Positions 20,846 through 29,508 of a stretch of 64,000 bases of DNA are shown here, in pieces (the first letter of the stretch is position 1; each line of letters begins with the position of its first letter). Below the pieces are notes generated by a model. The model worked only from the letters and a program-made list of their open reading frames with translations, ran no database searches and was not told where the DNA came from. Position numbers and translations under genes: made by a program. Source of the stretch: Desulfurivibrio sp. (GTDB lineage Bacteria > Desulfobacterota > Desulfobulbia > Desulfobulbales > SURF-16); NCBI GenBank assembly GCA_003605035.1, contig QZKJ01000080.1, positions 5,177-69,176 of the forward strand, given 5' to 3'.

Positions 20846-21985
20846 ATGCAATTCAACTCAGATCGTCTCAGCTATTATTTTACCACGCTCTGCGAAATTG
20901 ACAGTCCGTCAAAAGAGGAGGCAAAGTTATCAACGTATCTGCAGGACCTGTTCCAGGATTTAGGCGCTGATCTGGTTTTTGAGGATGATTCCTCCCGGTT
21001 CACCGGTTCGGACTGCGGGAATTTCGTGGTGCGGTTCTCCGGTAGCCGTACTGATGCCGACCCTGTTTTTTTTAATTGTCATTTAGATGTCATCAAACCC
21101 TGTCTGGGCGTCAAGGTTCGCAGAATCAATGACGTTTTTTACAGTTCAGGGGATACGGTTCTCGGCGCTGACGATAAGGCCGGCATCGCCATTCTGATCG
21201 AGGTGTTGATCGCAATTATTCTGGAAAACAAGCCGTTTATCCCCGTTGAGTTTGTTTTTACCACCTGTGAAGAGATCGGCCTGCTTGGCGCCAAGGCCTT
21301 TGATCCGGCCTCGCTCGTGGCGAAATATGGCTATTCGCTCGATTCCGTTGGTGTTGACAATGTCATTATTGGCGCTCCGGCCTCCTATGGCTTTTCTGCT
21401 GAGATTCATGGACTTGCCTCCCATGCCGGCCTGCGGCCACGGCATGGCATAAGTGCCATCCAACTGGCCGCCCAGGCTGTTTCGCGTTTGCCTTTAGGCC
21501 GTCTCGATGACGAAACCACGGCCAATATCGGCCTTATCGCCGGGGGCACGGCGACGAATATTATTCCCGATTATGTGCGGCTTGATGGTGAGGTTCGCAG
21601 TCATGATCTGGCGAAGCTTCACACCACTCTGGATCTCTTCAAGAACACCTTTCAGGATGTGCTCTCCGGCTGGCAGGATCCTCACCATGTAATAACCGCT
21701 CGACCTTCCCTTGTTTTTTCCGCACCCGAACAATACCCCCTCATGAAGCTCACTGCTGACAGCCTGCCCGTGGTCCGTGCCCGGCAGGCCTCATCCCTGC
21801 TGTCCCGTTCCTTGCAATTTTTGCCGGCCGGCGGCGGCAGTGATGCTAATTTTTTCAATGCAGCGGGGCTGCCCACAGCTATTCTTGGCATAGGTATGGA
21901 AAATGTTCATTCCATATCCGAAAATATTAAACTTTCGGATATGCTCCGCACCGCAGAACTCGTTTATTCTCTCTTAACCTGTTGA
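20846..21985 (+). CDS. M20-family metallopeptidase (PepT-like tripeptidase)
   Basis: NCHLDV, GADDKAGIAILIEV, FTTCEEIGLLGAK, and GGSDAN. The start is set to ATG 20846 (MQFNSDRL), downstream of the ferredoxin gene stop. Confidence 0.8.
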   Translation: MQFNSDRLSYYFTTLCEIDSPSKEEAKLSTYLQDLFQDLGADLVFEDDSSRFTGSDCGNFVVRFSGSRTDADPVFFNCHLDVIKPCLGVKVRRINDVFYSSGDTVLGADDKAGIAILIEVLIAIILENKPFIPVEFVFTTCEEIGLLGAKAFDPASLVAKYGYSLDSVGVDNVIIGAPASYGFSAEIHGLASHAGLRPRHGISAIQLAAQAVSRLPLGRLDDETTANIGLIAGGTATNIIPDYVRLDGEVRSHDLAKLHTTLDLFKNTFQDVLSGWQDPHHVITARPSLVFSAPEQYPLMKLTADSLPVVRARQASSLLSRSLQFLPAGGGSDANFFNAAGLPTAILGIGMENVHSISENIKLSDMLRTAELVYSLLTC

Positions 21986-22006
21986 AATTATGTTATAAAT
22001 ATCCGA

Positions 22007-22022
22007 TGTTCCACGTGGAACA
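22007..22022. promoter_or_regulatory. parS centromere-like site, at the core of a 36-bp perfect palindrome (21997-22032)
   Basis: TGTTCCACGTGGAACA differs at one position from the Bacillus/Firmicutes-type parS consensus TGTTNCACGTGAAACA. It lies 226 nt upstream of parA. Confidence 0.75.
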
Positions 22023-22247
22023 TCGGATATTTCCAGACCCAAAAGTCCTGCTGCCAAGGCCAAAGGGAGTCGTGCGCGCAGGAGAAAAAAAGAGATTTTA
22101 AAAATAGTGACTTGTTTAAGATGGTTCGATTAAGTAAATATAGTTTTAAGCAATTTGTCGGCACATGAAGAGCGGAGATCATACCATGCTGGTAAAAGCG
22201 GTTTCATGCGCAACTCTTGATTGAAGGTTAATAGGGGATCATCTTAG

Positions 22248-23024
22248 ATGGCAAAGGGAAAAATTATTACATTGGCGAACCAGAAGGGCGGGGTGGGAAA
22301 GACCACAACTACCGTGAATCTTGCAGCTGCACTGGCAAAGCTGGGGCACAAAATTCTTGTTGTTGACTCGGACCCGCAGGGTAATGCGTCAAGTGGCTTG
22401 GGGGTAAGCGTCAAAGGGATGGAGAAGCACCTGTATCATTGTTATCTGGATCAGGAGCAGGTGGCGAAGAGCATCAGGAAATCAAGCTGTCTTGAAAATC
22501 TGGACGTTTTGCCCACCCATATCGATTTGATTGGTGTTGAAGTTGAACTCATGTCCGCCATGAAAAGGGAGCGCTATCTTTCCCGTCTGCTTGAGCCCCT
22601 GGTGGAATCCTATGAGTATGTTTTTGTGGATTGTCCGCCATCGCTGGGTTTGTTGACATTAAATGCCCTGACTGCAGCGGATTCGGTGATCATCCCCTTG
22701 CAGTGTGAGTATTTTGCCCTGGAGGGGTTGAGTCAGCTGGTGCGAACTATTCGCCTGGTGAAAAGATCGTACAATAAAAATCTGAAAATCGAGGGGTTGC
22801 TGCTCACCATGTACGACCGGAGAAACAGGCTCACCTTCCAGGTTGCCAAAGAGGTGAAGCAGCACTTTCAGGATAAGGTTTATAAAACGGTTATTCCGCG
22901 TAATGTGCGCTTAAGTGAGTGTCCGAGTTATGGCAAACCGGTAATGGAGTATGACAGTCGTTCAGTGGGGGCGCTCAGCTATATGAATCTCGGCAGGGAG
23001 TTCATCAAAAAGCAGGTTGCCTGA
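22248..23024 (+). CDS. parA: Chromosome partitioning ATPase ParA/Soj
   Basis: IITLANQKGGVGKTTTTVNLA, VDSDPQGN, VDCPPSLG, and IPRNVRLSECPSYGKP. Confidence 0.94.
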   Translation: MAKGKIITLANQKGGVGKTTTTVNLAAALAKLGHKILVVDSDPQGNASSGLGVSVKGMEKHLYHCYLDQEQVAKSIRKSSCLENLDVLPTHIDLIGVEVELMSAMKRERYLSRLLEPLVESYEYVFVDCPPSLGLLTLNALTAADSVIIPLQCEYFALEGLSQLVRTIRLVKRSYNKNLKIEGLLLTMYDRRNRLTFQVAKEVKQHFQDKVYKTVIPRNVRLSECPSYGKPVMEYDSRSVGALSYMNLGREFIKKQVA

Positions 23025-23053
23025 GAGTGAATGGTATATTGACTGGAGATGGT

Positions 23054-23962
23054 ATGAAAAACGGCGATCGACTGGGGAGAGGGTTGCAGTCCTTGTTGTC
23101 CGGAGAACTGGATATTGATGGGGATGAAGATGTAAAGCGGCCAAGAGGGGAATTTTTCAGGTGCAATATAGCGGATATCCGGCCAAATCCCTATCAGCCA
23201 AGAAAGGAAATGGATGAACACGCCTTAGCGCAGCTGGCGGAATCCATAAAGAAAAGAGGAGTTCTGCAGCCCCTGGTGGTTCGGGAGCTTGAGGGGGAAA
23301 ATCAATACGAACTGATTGCCGGGGAAAGAAGACTGCGCGCGGCGCGGCTTGCCGGGCTGGCAGAGGTCCCGGTGCTGGTAAAGAAGGCGTCGCCGGAAGC
23401 CCGCCTTGAGATTGCCCTTATTGAAAATATTCAGCGGCAGAATTTGAATCCGGTTGAGGAGGCAGCAGCTTATAAACGACTGACCGACGAGTTTAAAATG
23501 ACCCAGGACGAGGTCGCGAAAAAGGTCGGCAAGGAGCGTTCAACCGTCACCAATATCATGCGGCTGCTGCAATTGCCGGAATATATCAAGCTCGACGTGG
23601 CGAACGGGAAAATCAGCATGGGCCATGCCCGCGTCCTGCTCGGTGTAGCCGATGAAATGATGCTGCAGGAATTGCGTGACAGAATTATTGAGCAGGGCTT
23701 GTCGGTCAGAGAGATAGAGAAAATAGTCTCCTCCCAGAAAAACAAACAGGGGAAAAAAAGTAACATCGCCCCGCCAATGAAGAAAGCGATCCCTGATGCA
23801 TACTGTAAAACCCTGGCCGAGGATGTGTCGCGAACCCTGGGAACAAAGAGCAAAATCATTCAGAACGGCAACCGGGGAAAGCTGGAAATCGAATATTATT
23901 CCCTGGAGGATCTGGAAAGAATCCATCGTCTCCTTACCAGTCTGCAGGTTGACAAACCATGA
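23054..23962 (+). CDS. parB: Chromosome partitioning protein ParB/Spo0J
   Basis: LGRGLQSLL, IRPNPYQPRK, GVLQPLVVR, LIAGERRLRAARLAG, and ALIENIQRQNLNP. The start is set to ATG 23054 (SD ggaga upstream); the track start 23027 is a GTG. Confidence 0.92.
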   Translation: MKNGDRLGRGLQSLLSGELDIDGDEDVKRPRGEFFRCNIADIRPNPYQPRKEMDEHALAQLAESIKKRGVLQPLVVRELEGENQYELIAGERRLRAARLAGLAEVPVLVKKASPEARLEIALIENIQRQNLNPVEEAAAYKRLTDEFKMTQDEVAKKVGKERSTVTNIMRLLQLPEYIKLDVANGKISMGHARVLLGVADEMMLQELRDRIIEQGLSVREIEKIVSSQKNKQGKKSNIAPPMKKAIPDAYCKTLAEDVSRTLGTKSKIIQNGNRGKLEIEYYSLEDLERIHRLLTSLQVDKP

Positions 23963-24765
23963 CAATGCATGCGAAGGCGAAACACCAGCTGCAAGGTGAA
24001 ATAAGAGAAATCTCCTGCCGGGATGAATATTGCCGGATGACCATAGCGGCGCCGGCAATCTGCCACGTTGCGGCGGCAGGGCAGTTTGTCATGGTAAAGC
24101 CCGCTGCAGATAAAAGCAATGATCCCTTGTTCCGGCGGCCTTTTTCTCTTCATCAGGTTGTCGATGGACTGCTGACTATTATCTTTAAAATTGTCGGCCG
24201 CGGGACCAGAAATCTTGCGAAAATGCAGGCTGGAGAGGTGCTTGATGTGGTCGGGCCCCTGGGCAAAGGCTTTCAGCTGTCCAGCGAGCCGAGGCATTAC
24301 CTGGTTGGCGGCGGCATGGGCATAGCTCCCTTGCATTTGCTGGCGGAAAGCATCAACAGACAAAATCCGCAAAGTGAGATTATCGCCCTGCTTGGCGCCA
24401 GAACCGCCAGGGAACTGGACGCCTTTGCCGATCTCCAGGACTTGCGTTTTCTGCGGGTTGAACTGGCAACCGATGATGGCACGGCCGGGCATCATGGTCT
24501 GGTGATTGATCTGCTTGAACGGGCTGTTGCGGCGGGCGGGAGGGGAGCTGTCTACAGTTGTGGTCCCTGGCCAATGATGAAGGCGGTTGCCCTGTACTGC
24601 CGTGCTAAACAGCTGCCATGCCAGGTCTCCCTGGAAACCGTCATGGCCTGCGGTGTCGGCGCGTGTCTGGGCTGTGCGGTTTCTGGTGCTGATGTGGCTG
24701 GGGATGGCTACCTGCACGTCTGTAAGGACGGACCGGTATTTGAGGCGGGGAAGATATGGTTGTAA
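23959..24765 (+). CDS. pyrK: Dihydroorotate dehydrogenase B electron-transfer subunit
   Basis: FAD/NAD-binding pattern (GQFVMVK, RRPFSL, GPLGKGF, LVGGGMGIAP) and a C-terminal 2Fe-2S cluster CGVGACLGC...C. ATGA overlap with the parB stop. Confidence 0.9.
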   Translation: MTMHAKAKHQLQGEIREISCRDEYCRMTIAAPAICHVAAAGQFVMVKPAADKSNDPLFRRPFSLHQVVDGLLTIIFKIVGRGTRNLAKMQAGEVLDVVGPLGKGFQLSSEPRHYLVGGGMGIAPLHLLAESINRQNPQSEIIALLGARTARELDAFADLQDLRFLRVELATDDGTAGHHGLVIDLLERAVAAGGRGAVYSCGPWPMMKAVALYCRAKQLPCQVSLETVMACGVGACLGCAVSGADVAGDGYLHVCKDGPVFEAGKIWL

Positions 24766-25676
24766 ACAAACCTGATTTAACGGTGGCAATCGGGGATTGG
24801 CAATTAGCGAATCCCATTATGACAGCCTCGGGGACCTTTGGATATGGCGCTGAATTTGCCGATTTCGTCAACCTGAACAGGCTCGGCGCCATTGTGGTGA
24901 AGGGGGTATCTGTAAAACCCCGGATCGGCAACCCGCCGCCGCGGATTGTGGAGACCGCCTGCGGCATGTTGAATGCCATCGGCCTGGAAAACCCCGGCAT
25001 TGACAAATTTCTTACGGAGAAAATGCCGCAATTACAGAACTTCACCTGCGGTGTGGTGGTAAACATCCTGGGCGATTCTCTGGAAGAGTACTGCACACTC
25101 GCTGAACGGTTAAAGGAAACGGCTATCGCTGCCATCGAGGTGAACATTTCCTGCCCGAATGTGAAAAAGGGCGGGGTCGCCTTTGGCACGGATGCAAGGA
25201 TGGTTTATGAGGTGACCAGGTGCGTGCGGGAAAGAAGCAATAAGCCAATTATCATGAAGCTCTCGCCCAATGTAACGGATATTGCCGCGATGGCGGCCGC
25301 TGCCGAAGAGGGTGGGGCGAGCGCCGTTTCCCTGATCAATACCCTGCTGGGCATGGCGATTGATATCCGCACCCGAAGGCCGAAGCTGGCCAACAAGGTT
25401 GGCGGCCTGTCCGGGCCGGCCATCAAACCGATTGCTTTACGCATGGTCTGGCAGGTGGCACAGCGGGTCAAGGTGCCGGTAATCGGCATAGGCGGCATCA
25501 GCACGGTTGAGGATGTGGTTGAATTTCTGCTGGCCGGCGCCACGGCAATTCAGATTGGCACAGCCAATTTAATTAATCCAGGGGTGGCTGAAGAATTGGT
25601 TGACGGGCTGGAAAACTATCTGCTGGAAAATAAGATTGCTGCGGTGAAAGAGTTGATCAATGGTTTGCTTGCCTGA
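24756..25676 (+). CDS. pyrD: Dihydroorotate dehydrogenase B catalytic subunit
   Basis: NPIMTASGTFGYG, NAIGLENPG, IEVNISCPNVKKGG, GGLSGPAIKPIALR, and IGIGGI. Confidence 0.94.
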   Translation: MVVNKPDLTVAIGDWQLANPIMTASGTFGYGAEFADFVNLNRLGAIVVKGVSVKPRIGNPPPRIVETACGMLNAIGLENPGIDKFLTEKMPQLQNFTCGVVVNILGDSLEEYCTLAERLKETAIAAIEVNISCPNVKKGGVAFGTDARMVYEVTRCVRERSNKPIIMKLSPNVTDIAAMAAAAEEGGASAVSLINTLLGMAIDIRTRRPKLANKVGGLSGPAIKPIALRMVWQVAQRVKVPVIGIGGISTVEDVVEFLLAGATAIQIGTANLINPGVAEELVDGLENYLLENKIAAVKELINGLLA

Positions 25677-25692
25677 GGGGATGCCGTAGGGA

Positions 25693-26424
25693 ATGAACGG
25701 CGTAAAAATCAAAATACTGGAAACAATCTTTGATAAATACCAGCAGTGGATCGCAGGCGAAAGATTTCACTGTCATCGCGGCTGTTCCCTGTGCTGCACG
25801 CAAAACGTCTTGATCACCGGGGTGGAAGGGCAATATATGTATAATCATATCTTGCTGGAAAAGAGGGAGCAATGGTTTGCGGAAAGATTGTTGCTGGAGA
25901 GGCCGTCAATAAACGTCCAGTTGACCACCAACGGTTTTGCCCGGCTGTGTCTGGAAAAAAACGAAGACTATCCGGAGGGTGAACCGGACCAGGCCACCGG
26001 CAGATGCCCTTTTTTAGAGGAAAACTGCTGTAGCGTTTATGCAGCCCGGCCATTTTCCTGCAGAGGTTTTGCCTCGTCAAGCGCTTGTCACCTTGACGGG
26101 TTCGCCCACTTAGATGAAAGATTATTAGTTATCAATACAGTAACGATGCAGTTAATCGAACATCTGGGGCAGCGGGGCTATTGGGGGAATATGCTGGATG
26201 TGCTTCTCGCGTTGGCTCCTCACCAGGCAAATAAAGCAGTCAACGAACATATCGGGGCTGAGACGGAAATAACCGGAGCAATAATGAGAACGCTTACCGC
26301 GGAACCCATTCCTGGATTTTTACTGCAACCGGAAGATGAAAATGAAGTAAACAGGTATCTGCAATCAGTTTTTTCGGCAAAGATCGGCGGGAAAACCATC
26401 GAGGAAATCTTCAACAACAAGTAA
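25693..26424 (+). CDS. YkgJ-like cysteine-cluster protein (putative Fe-S/Zn binding)
   Basis: CHRGCSLCC near the N-terminus, then CPFLEENCCSVYAARPFSCRGF, resembling the CxxCxxCC ... CxxY..RPxxCR pattern of the YkgJ/UPF0153 family. Confidence 0.55.
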   Translation: MNGVKIKILETIFDKYQQWIAGERFHCHRGCSLCCTQNVLITGVEGQYMYNHILLEKREQWFAERLLLERPSINVQLTTNGFARLCLEKNEDYPEGEPDQATGRCPFLEENCCSVYAARPFSCRGFASSSACHLDGFAHLDERLLVINTVTMQLIEHLGQRGYWGNMLDVLLALAPHQANKAVNEHIGAETEITGAIMRTLTAEPIPGFLLQPEDENEVNRYLQSVFSAKIGGKTIEEIFNNK

Positions 26425-26427
26425 AAA

Positions 26428-27108
26428 ATGAAAAGGGAAAAAATTGAGACCAGCATCGACTGGCGCGAGATTGAAACCGTTTTGCTTGATATGGACGGGA
26501 CACTGCTCGATAAACATTTTGACGATCATTTCTGGGAGGAGCATGTTCCCGCGGTCTATGCCCAGCAGAACGGCATGAATTTCTGGGATGCCTATGATGA
26601 ATTAATGGGGAAATACAGAAGCAAGGAGGGCACCCTCGAGTGGACTGACATCAATTACTGGTCACAGGAACTGGGGCTTAATATTGCCGAGATGAAAGGT
26701 AAAATGAACCATCTTATTCAGGTGCATCCCTACGTGCTGGATTTTTTACAATTCTGCAGAGACACTCGCAAAAAGGTTTATCTGGTAACTAACGCCCACA
26801 GTAAAACACTGGCCATCAAGATGGCCCACACGGATATCGAAACCTATTTTGACCGGATTGTCTGCTCTGAGGAACTTGGTGTTGCCAAGGAAAACCCGGT
26901 TTTCTGGGAAAAACTGGAAAAAATGCTGAATATTGACAAAGAGAAATGTCTGCTGGCTGATGATAATGAAGATGTGTTGGCAAGTGCAGCAAAATATGGC
27001 ATCAAAAAATTAATTTTTGTCGCAAAATCAAGCAGTAAGAAGCCAGTTGTCTACTCTGGGAGATTTCCGTCCATTATTTTTTTCAAGGAATTGCTGCCCG
27101 CTGCGTAA
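26428..27108 (+). CDS. HAD-family hydrolase (YrfG-like nucleotidase type)
   Basis: VLLDMDGTLLD, LVTNAH, and LADDNEDVL. Confidence 0.78.
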   Translation: MKREKIETSIDWREIETVLLDMDGTLLDKHFDDHFWEEHVPAVYAQQNGMNFWDAYDELMGKYRSKEGTLEWTDINYWSQELGLNIAEMKGKMNHLIQVHPYVLDFLQFCRDTRKKVYLVTNAHSKTLAIKMAHTDIETYFDRIVCSEELGVAKENPVFWEKLEKMLNIDKEKCLLADDNEDVLASAAKYGIKKLIFVAKSSSKKPVVYSGRFPSIIFFKELLPAA

Positions 27109-27257
27109 AAATCCGTCCAGAAATTCAGCAAAGTGACTCGACCGCAAGGCCAGAGGAGCACTGCACACCATTGCCGGATTGCCGGATGGCATCTGCGCGC
27201 AGGCGCCTATCGTCCATGGGTTATGGACATGGAGGGCTGGCGAGCAGGTCAGCGGCC

Positions 27258-28031
27258 TCAGTCCCGCAGTGGGGCCAGTTCTATTTCTCCCCATACCCCG
27301 AGATGATCGTCCTTGACAATGACCACCCCCAGCAGTCCCGGCAGATTCCTGGCAACTGCCAGGGCATGATTCATATCCGCTTTTGTCTTTAATTCGTTCC
27401 CGAGGCGGGTGGCGGCCGCATCGGCCAAGGATGCAGATGGCGCCAGCACGGTGACTGAATCAGCCTGGCCAAAGCTGAGGGAGTGGCCGACAGTGCCGGA
27501 AGAGGTGCAGATTCCGAGAGGCATGAAGCTGCGGGGGATTTTAATGGCGATTTTGTTGCTGAGCGGCGAGGCGCCGGCAAAAATGGCGGCCCGGCTGTGC
27601 TGCTTGCGGGACATGAAGATATCCCCGCCATTTTCAATGATAATTTCCTCTACAGAGGTTTGCAGTAAAGCGCGGCCGACAAATTCGGCAATCGCGCCGG
27701 CAACGGCAGCCATAGGACCCACGCCGGCAATCGCGGAGGCCTGCAGCATCTCCTTGACAATGGGCGGAGCAAGGGGGTCCGGGGCCAGGGGAATAAGCGA
27801 GGTCAGAAATTGGGGATGCCTGCTGATATAGGTTTCCAGGTGGCTTCTGTACTGCATGACCAGATGGGCGGCCTGGTCAGTGACGTCCCGGTCGGCCAGG
27901 ATGAGCAGATCGGTTTCGCGAACGCTAACCTGACAGCTGGTCATCTTCCCGGCAGCCATGCTGTGGCGATAATCACGCTGGCGGTAGGAAAGGGGATCAG
28001 GTTTTTTGCTGCCCTTTGCTTTTGCTTTCAT
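27258..28031 (-). CDS. UPF0280 / ApbE-like family protein
   Basis: ETDLLILA, GVGPMAAVAGAIAE, ENGGDIF, and GICTSSGTVGHSLSFGQADSV..ADAAATRLGN match my recollection of UPF0280. The start is set to ATG 28031 (MKAKAKG). Confidence 0.7.
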   Translation of the reverse strand: MKAKAKGSKKPDPLSYRQRDYRHSMAAGKMTSCQVSVRETDLLILADRDVTDQAAHLVMQYRSHLETYISRHPQFLTSLIPLAPDPLAPPIVKEMLQASAIAGVGPMAAVAGAIAEFVGRALLQTSVEEIIIENGGDIFMSRKQHSRAAIFAGASPLSNKIAIKIPRSFMPLGICTSSGTVGHSLSFGQADSVTVLAPSASLADAAATRLGNELKTKADMNHALAVARNLPGLLGVVIVKDDHLGVWGEIELAPLRD

Positions 28032-28150
28032 GACGTTCCTTACCCTCTCGGGGCCGCAGGTTTTGCTGGTCAAGGCGGGTCGTAAATGGCATAGTGGAGG
28101 CAGCAGAATAACTGACAACCGCAAGAGCTGACAAGCAGGATTTTTACGGG

Positions 28151-28807
28151 ATGGCGCAGGACGATTTGACCAGAGAGATGCTTATCGTATTTACCAGGTT
28201 TCCGCGGCCGGGGTTGACTAAAACCAGATTGATCCCTGCCCTGGGTGCGGCAGGGGCGGCTGCTCTGCAGAAAATGATGGCGGAGCACACCTTTTCCCTG
28301 TGCGGTGAGCTGGCCGGCAAAAGAGAGCTGGCCCTTTTTGTTTATTATGAGGGCGGCGACGAGCAGGACGTGCGGAGTTGGGTTCCGGCTGCGATGAGCT
28401 GCAGGCCGCAAGGTCCGGGCAGTCTGGGCGAGCGTCTGGCGCAATCCTTTGCCGACAGCTTTGCGAGCGGCGGCGAGCGGGTCATCATCATCGGTTCGGA
28501 TTGCCCCTTTCTCACCACGGAAATTCTGGCAGAAGGGTTTATTCTGCTGCAAAATCATGATGTTGTCCTGGGACCGGCCCGTGACGGCGGCTATTATCTG
28601 ATCGGCTTAGGCAAACCAGGGCAGCAGCTGTGGTCGGACATTGACTGGGGAACCGACAGGGTTTTCCGGCAGACCATGGCCATCGCCGGAAAAAGCGGGC
28701 TGACCCTGGCTCTGTTGCCGGAACTTGCCGATATTGACCGCCCCGAGGACCTGCAGCACCTGTTTGATGCCAGCAGCGGGGCGCATTTATTCACCAGCTC
28801 CCCATGA
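28151..28807 (+). CDS. DUF2064-type transferase (TIGR04282-like, 'rSAM/selenodomain-associated transferase 1' / arsenosugar-associated)
   Basis: LIVFTRFPRPGLTKTRLIPALG, VIIIGSDCP, and DGGYYLIGL. The family name is recalled from memory, not searched. Confidence 0.72.
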   Translation: MAQDDLTREMLIVFTRFPRPGLTKTRLIPALGAAGAAALQKMMAEHTFSLCGELAGKRELALFVYYEGGDEQDVRSWVPAAMSCRPQGPGSLGERLAQSFADSFASGGERVIIIGSDCPFLTTEILAEGFILLQNHDVVLGPARDGGYYLIGLGKPGQQLWSDIDWGTDRVFRQTMAIAGKSGLTLALLPELADIDRPEDLQHLFDASSGAHLFTSSP

Positions 28808-29508
28808 AAAAGTTTTGCTCCGCGCCCTGTCTCTCCATAATCATTCCGGTGCTTAATGAGGCCGCACACATCACCGCCACCCTTTGTGCAACCGCAAGTG
28901 ATGAGTATGTTGAAAGAGTGGTGGTCGATGGCGGCAGCAGGGATGCTACCGTGGCGCTGGCCGTTCAGGCCGGGGCAAAGGTGCTTGTGTCCTCGCCCGG
29001 TCGCGCCAGGCAGTTGAATCGCGGGGCCGCAGAGGCGCAGGGAGAAGTGTTGCTCTTTGTGCACGGCGATACCCGCCTGCCCCCTGACTATGTCCGCCTG
29101 GTGCGGGAAACCATGGCGCGCGGCGATATTGTGGCAGGCGCATTCAGGCTTGCCATTGATGCTCCGCAGAAAAGATTCAAATGGGTGGCAGGAGCCGCGA
29201 ACCTGCGTGCACAATTTCTGCAGCTCCCCTATGGCGACCAGGCCATTTTTCTGCGCGCAGCCCTGTTTCGCCAGCTGGGAGGCTTTCCGGAAATGCCGGT
29301 CATGGAAGATTTTGCCCTGGTGCAGTTATTAAGAAGGCAGGGCCGCATCCATATCCTGGACCAGCAGGTGGTTACCTCGGCCCGCCGCTGGCTGCGGCTG
29401 GGGGTAATGCGTACGACCATCATCAATCAGTTGCTGGTCGTGGGGTTTTTACTCGGTTTTCCCCTGGATTTTCTTGCCAAATTCTATGGTGTTGTCCATA
29501 AAGGTTGA
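28804..29508 (+). CDS. GT2 glycosyltransferase (TIGR04283-like, 'rSAM/selenodomain-associated transferase 2')
   Basis: LSIIIPVLNEA, VVVDGGSRDAT, GRARQLNRGA, LLFVHGDTRLP, YGDQAIFLR, PVMEDFALV, and TSARRW. ATGA-type 4-nt overlap with the preceding gene. Confidence 0.78.
   Translation: MKKFCSAPCLSIIIPVLNEAAHITATLCATASDEYVERVVVDGGSRDATVALAVQAGAKVLVSSPGRARQLNRGAAEAQGEVLLFVHGDTRLPPDYVRLVRETMARGDIVAGAFRLAIDAPQKRFKWVAGAANLRAQFLQLPYGDQAIFLRAALFRQLGGFPEMPVMEDFALVQLLRRQGRIHILDQQVVTSARRWLRLGVMRTTIINQLLVVGFLLGFPLDFLAKFYGVVHKG

Noticed and set aside
21986-22247. Possible replication origin next to parS/parAB
   Set aside because: The region has an AT-rich stretch, but I found no cluster of DnaA boxes (TTATCCACA-like) and no dnaA/dnaN nearby. 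A single box-like ttatccacc at about 2229 lies inside a coding region.
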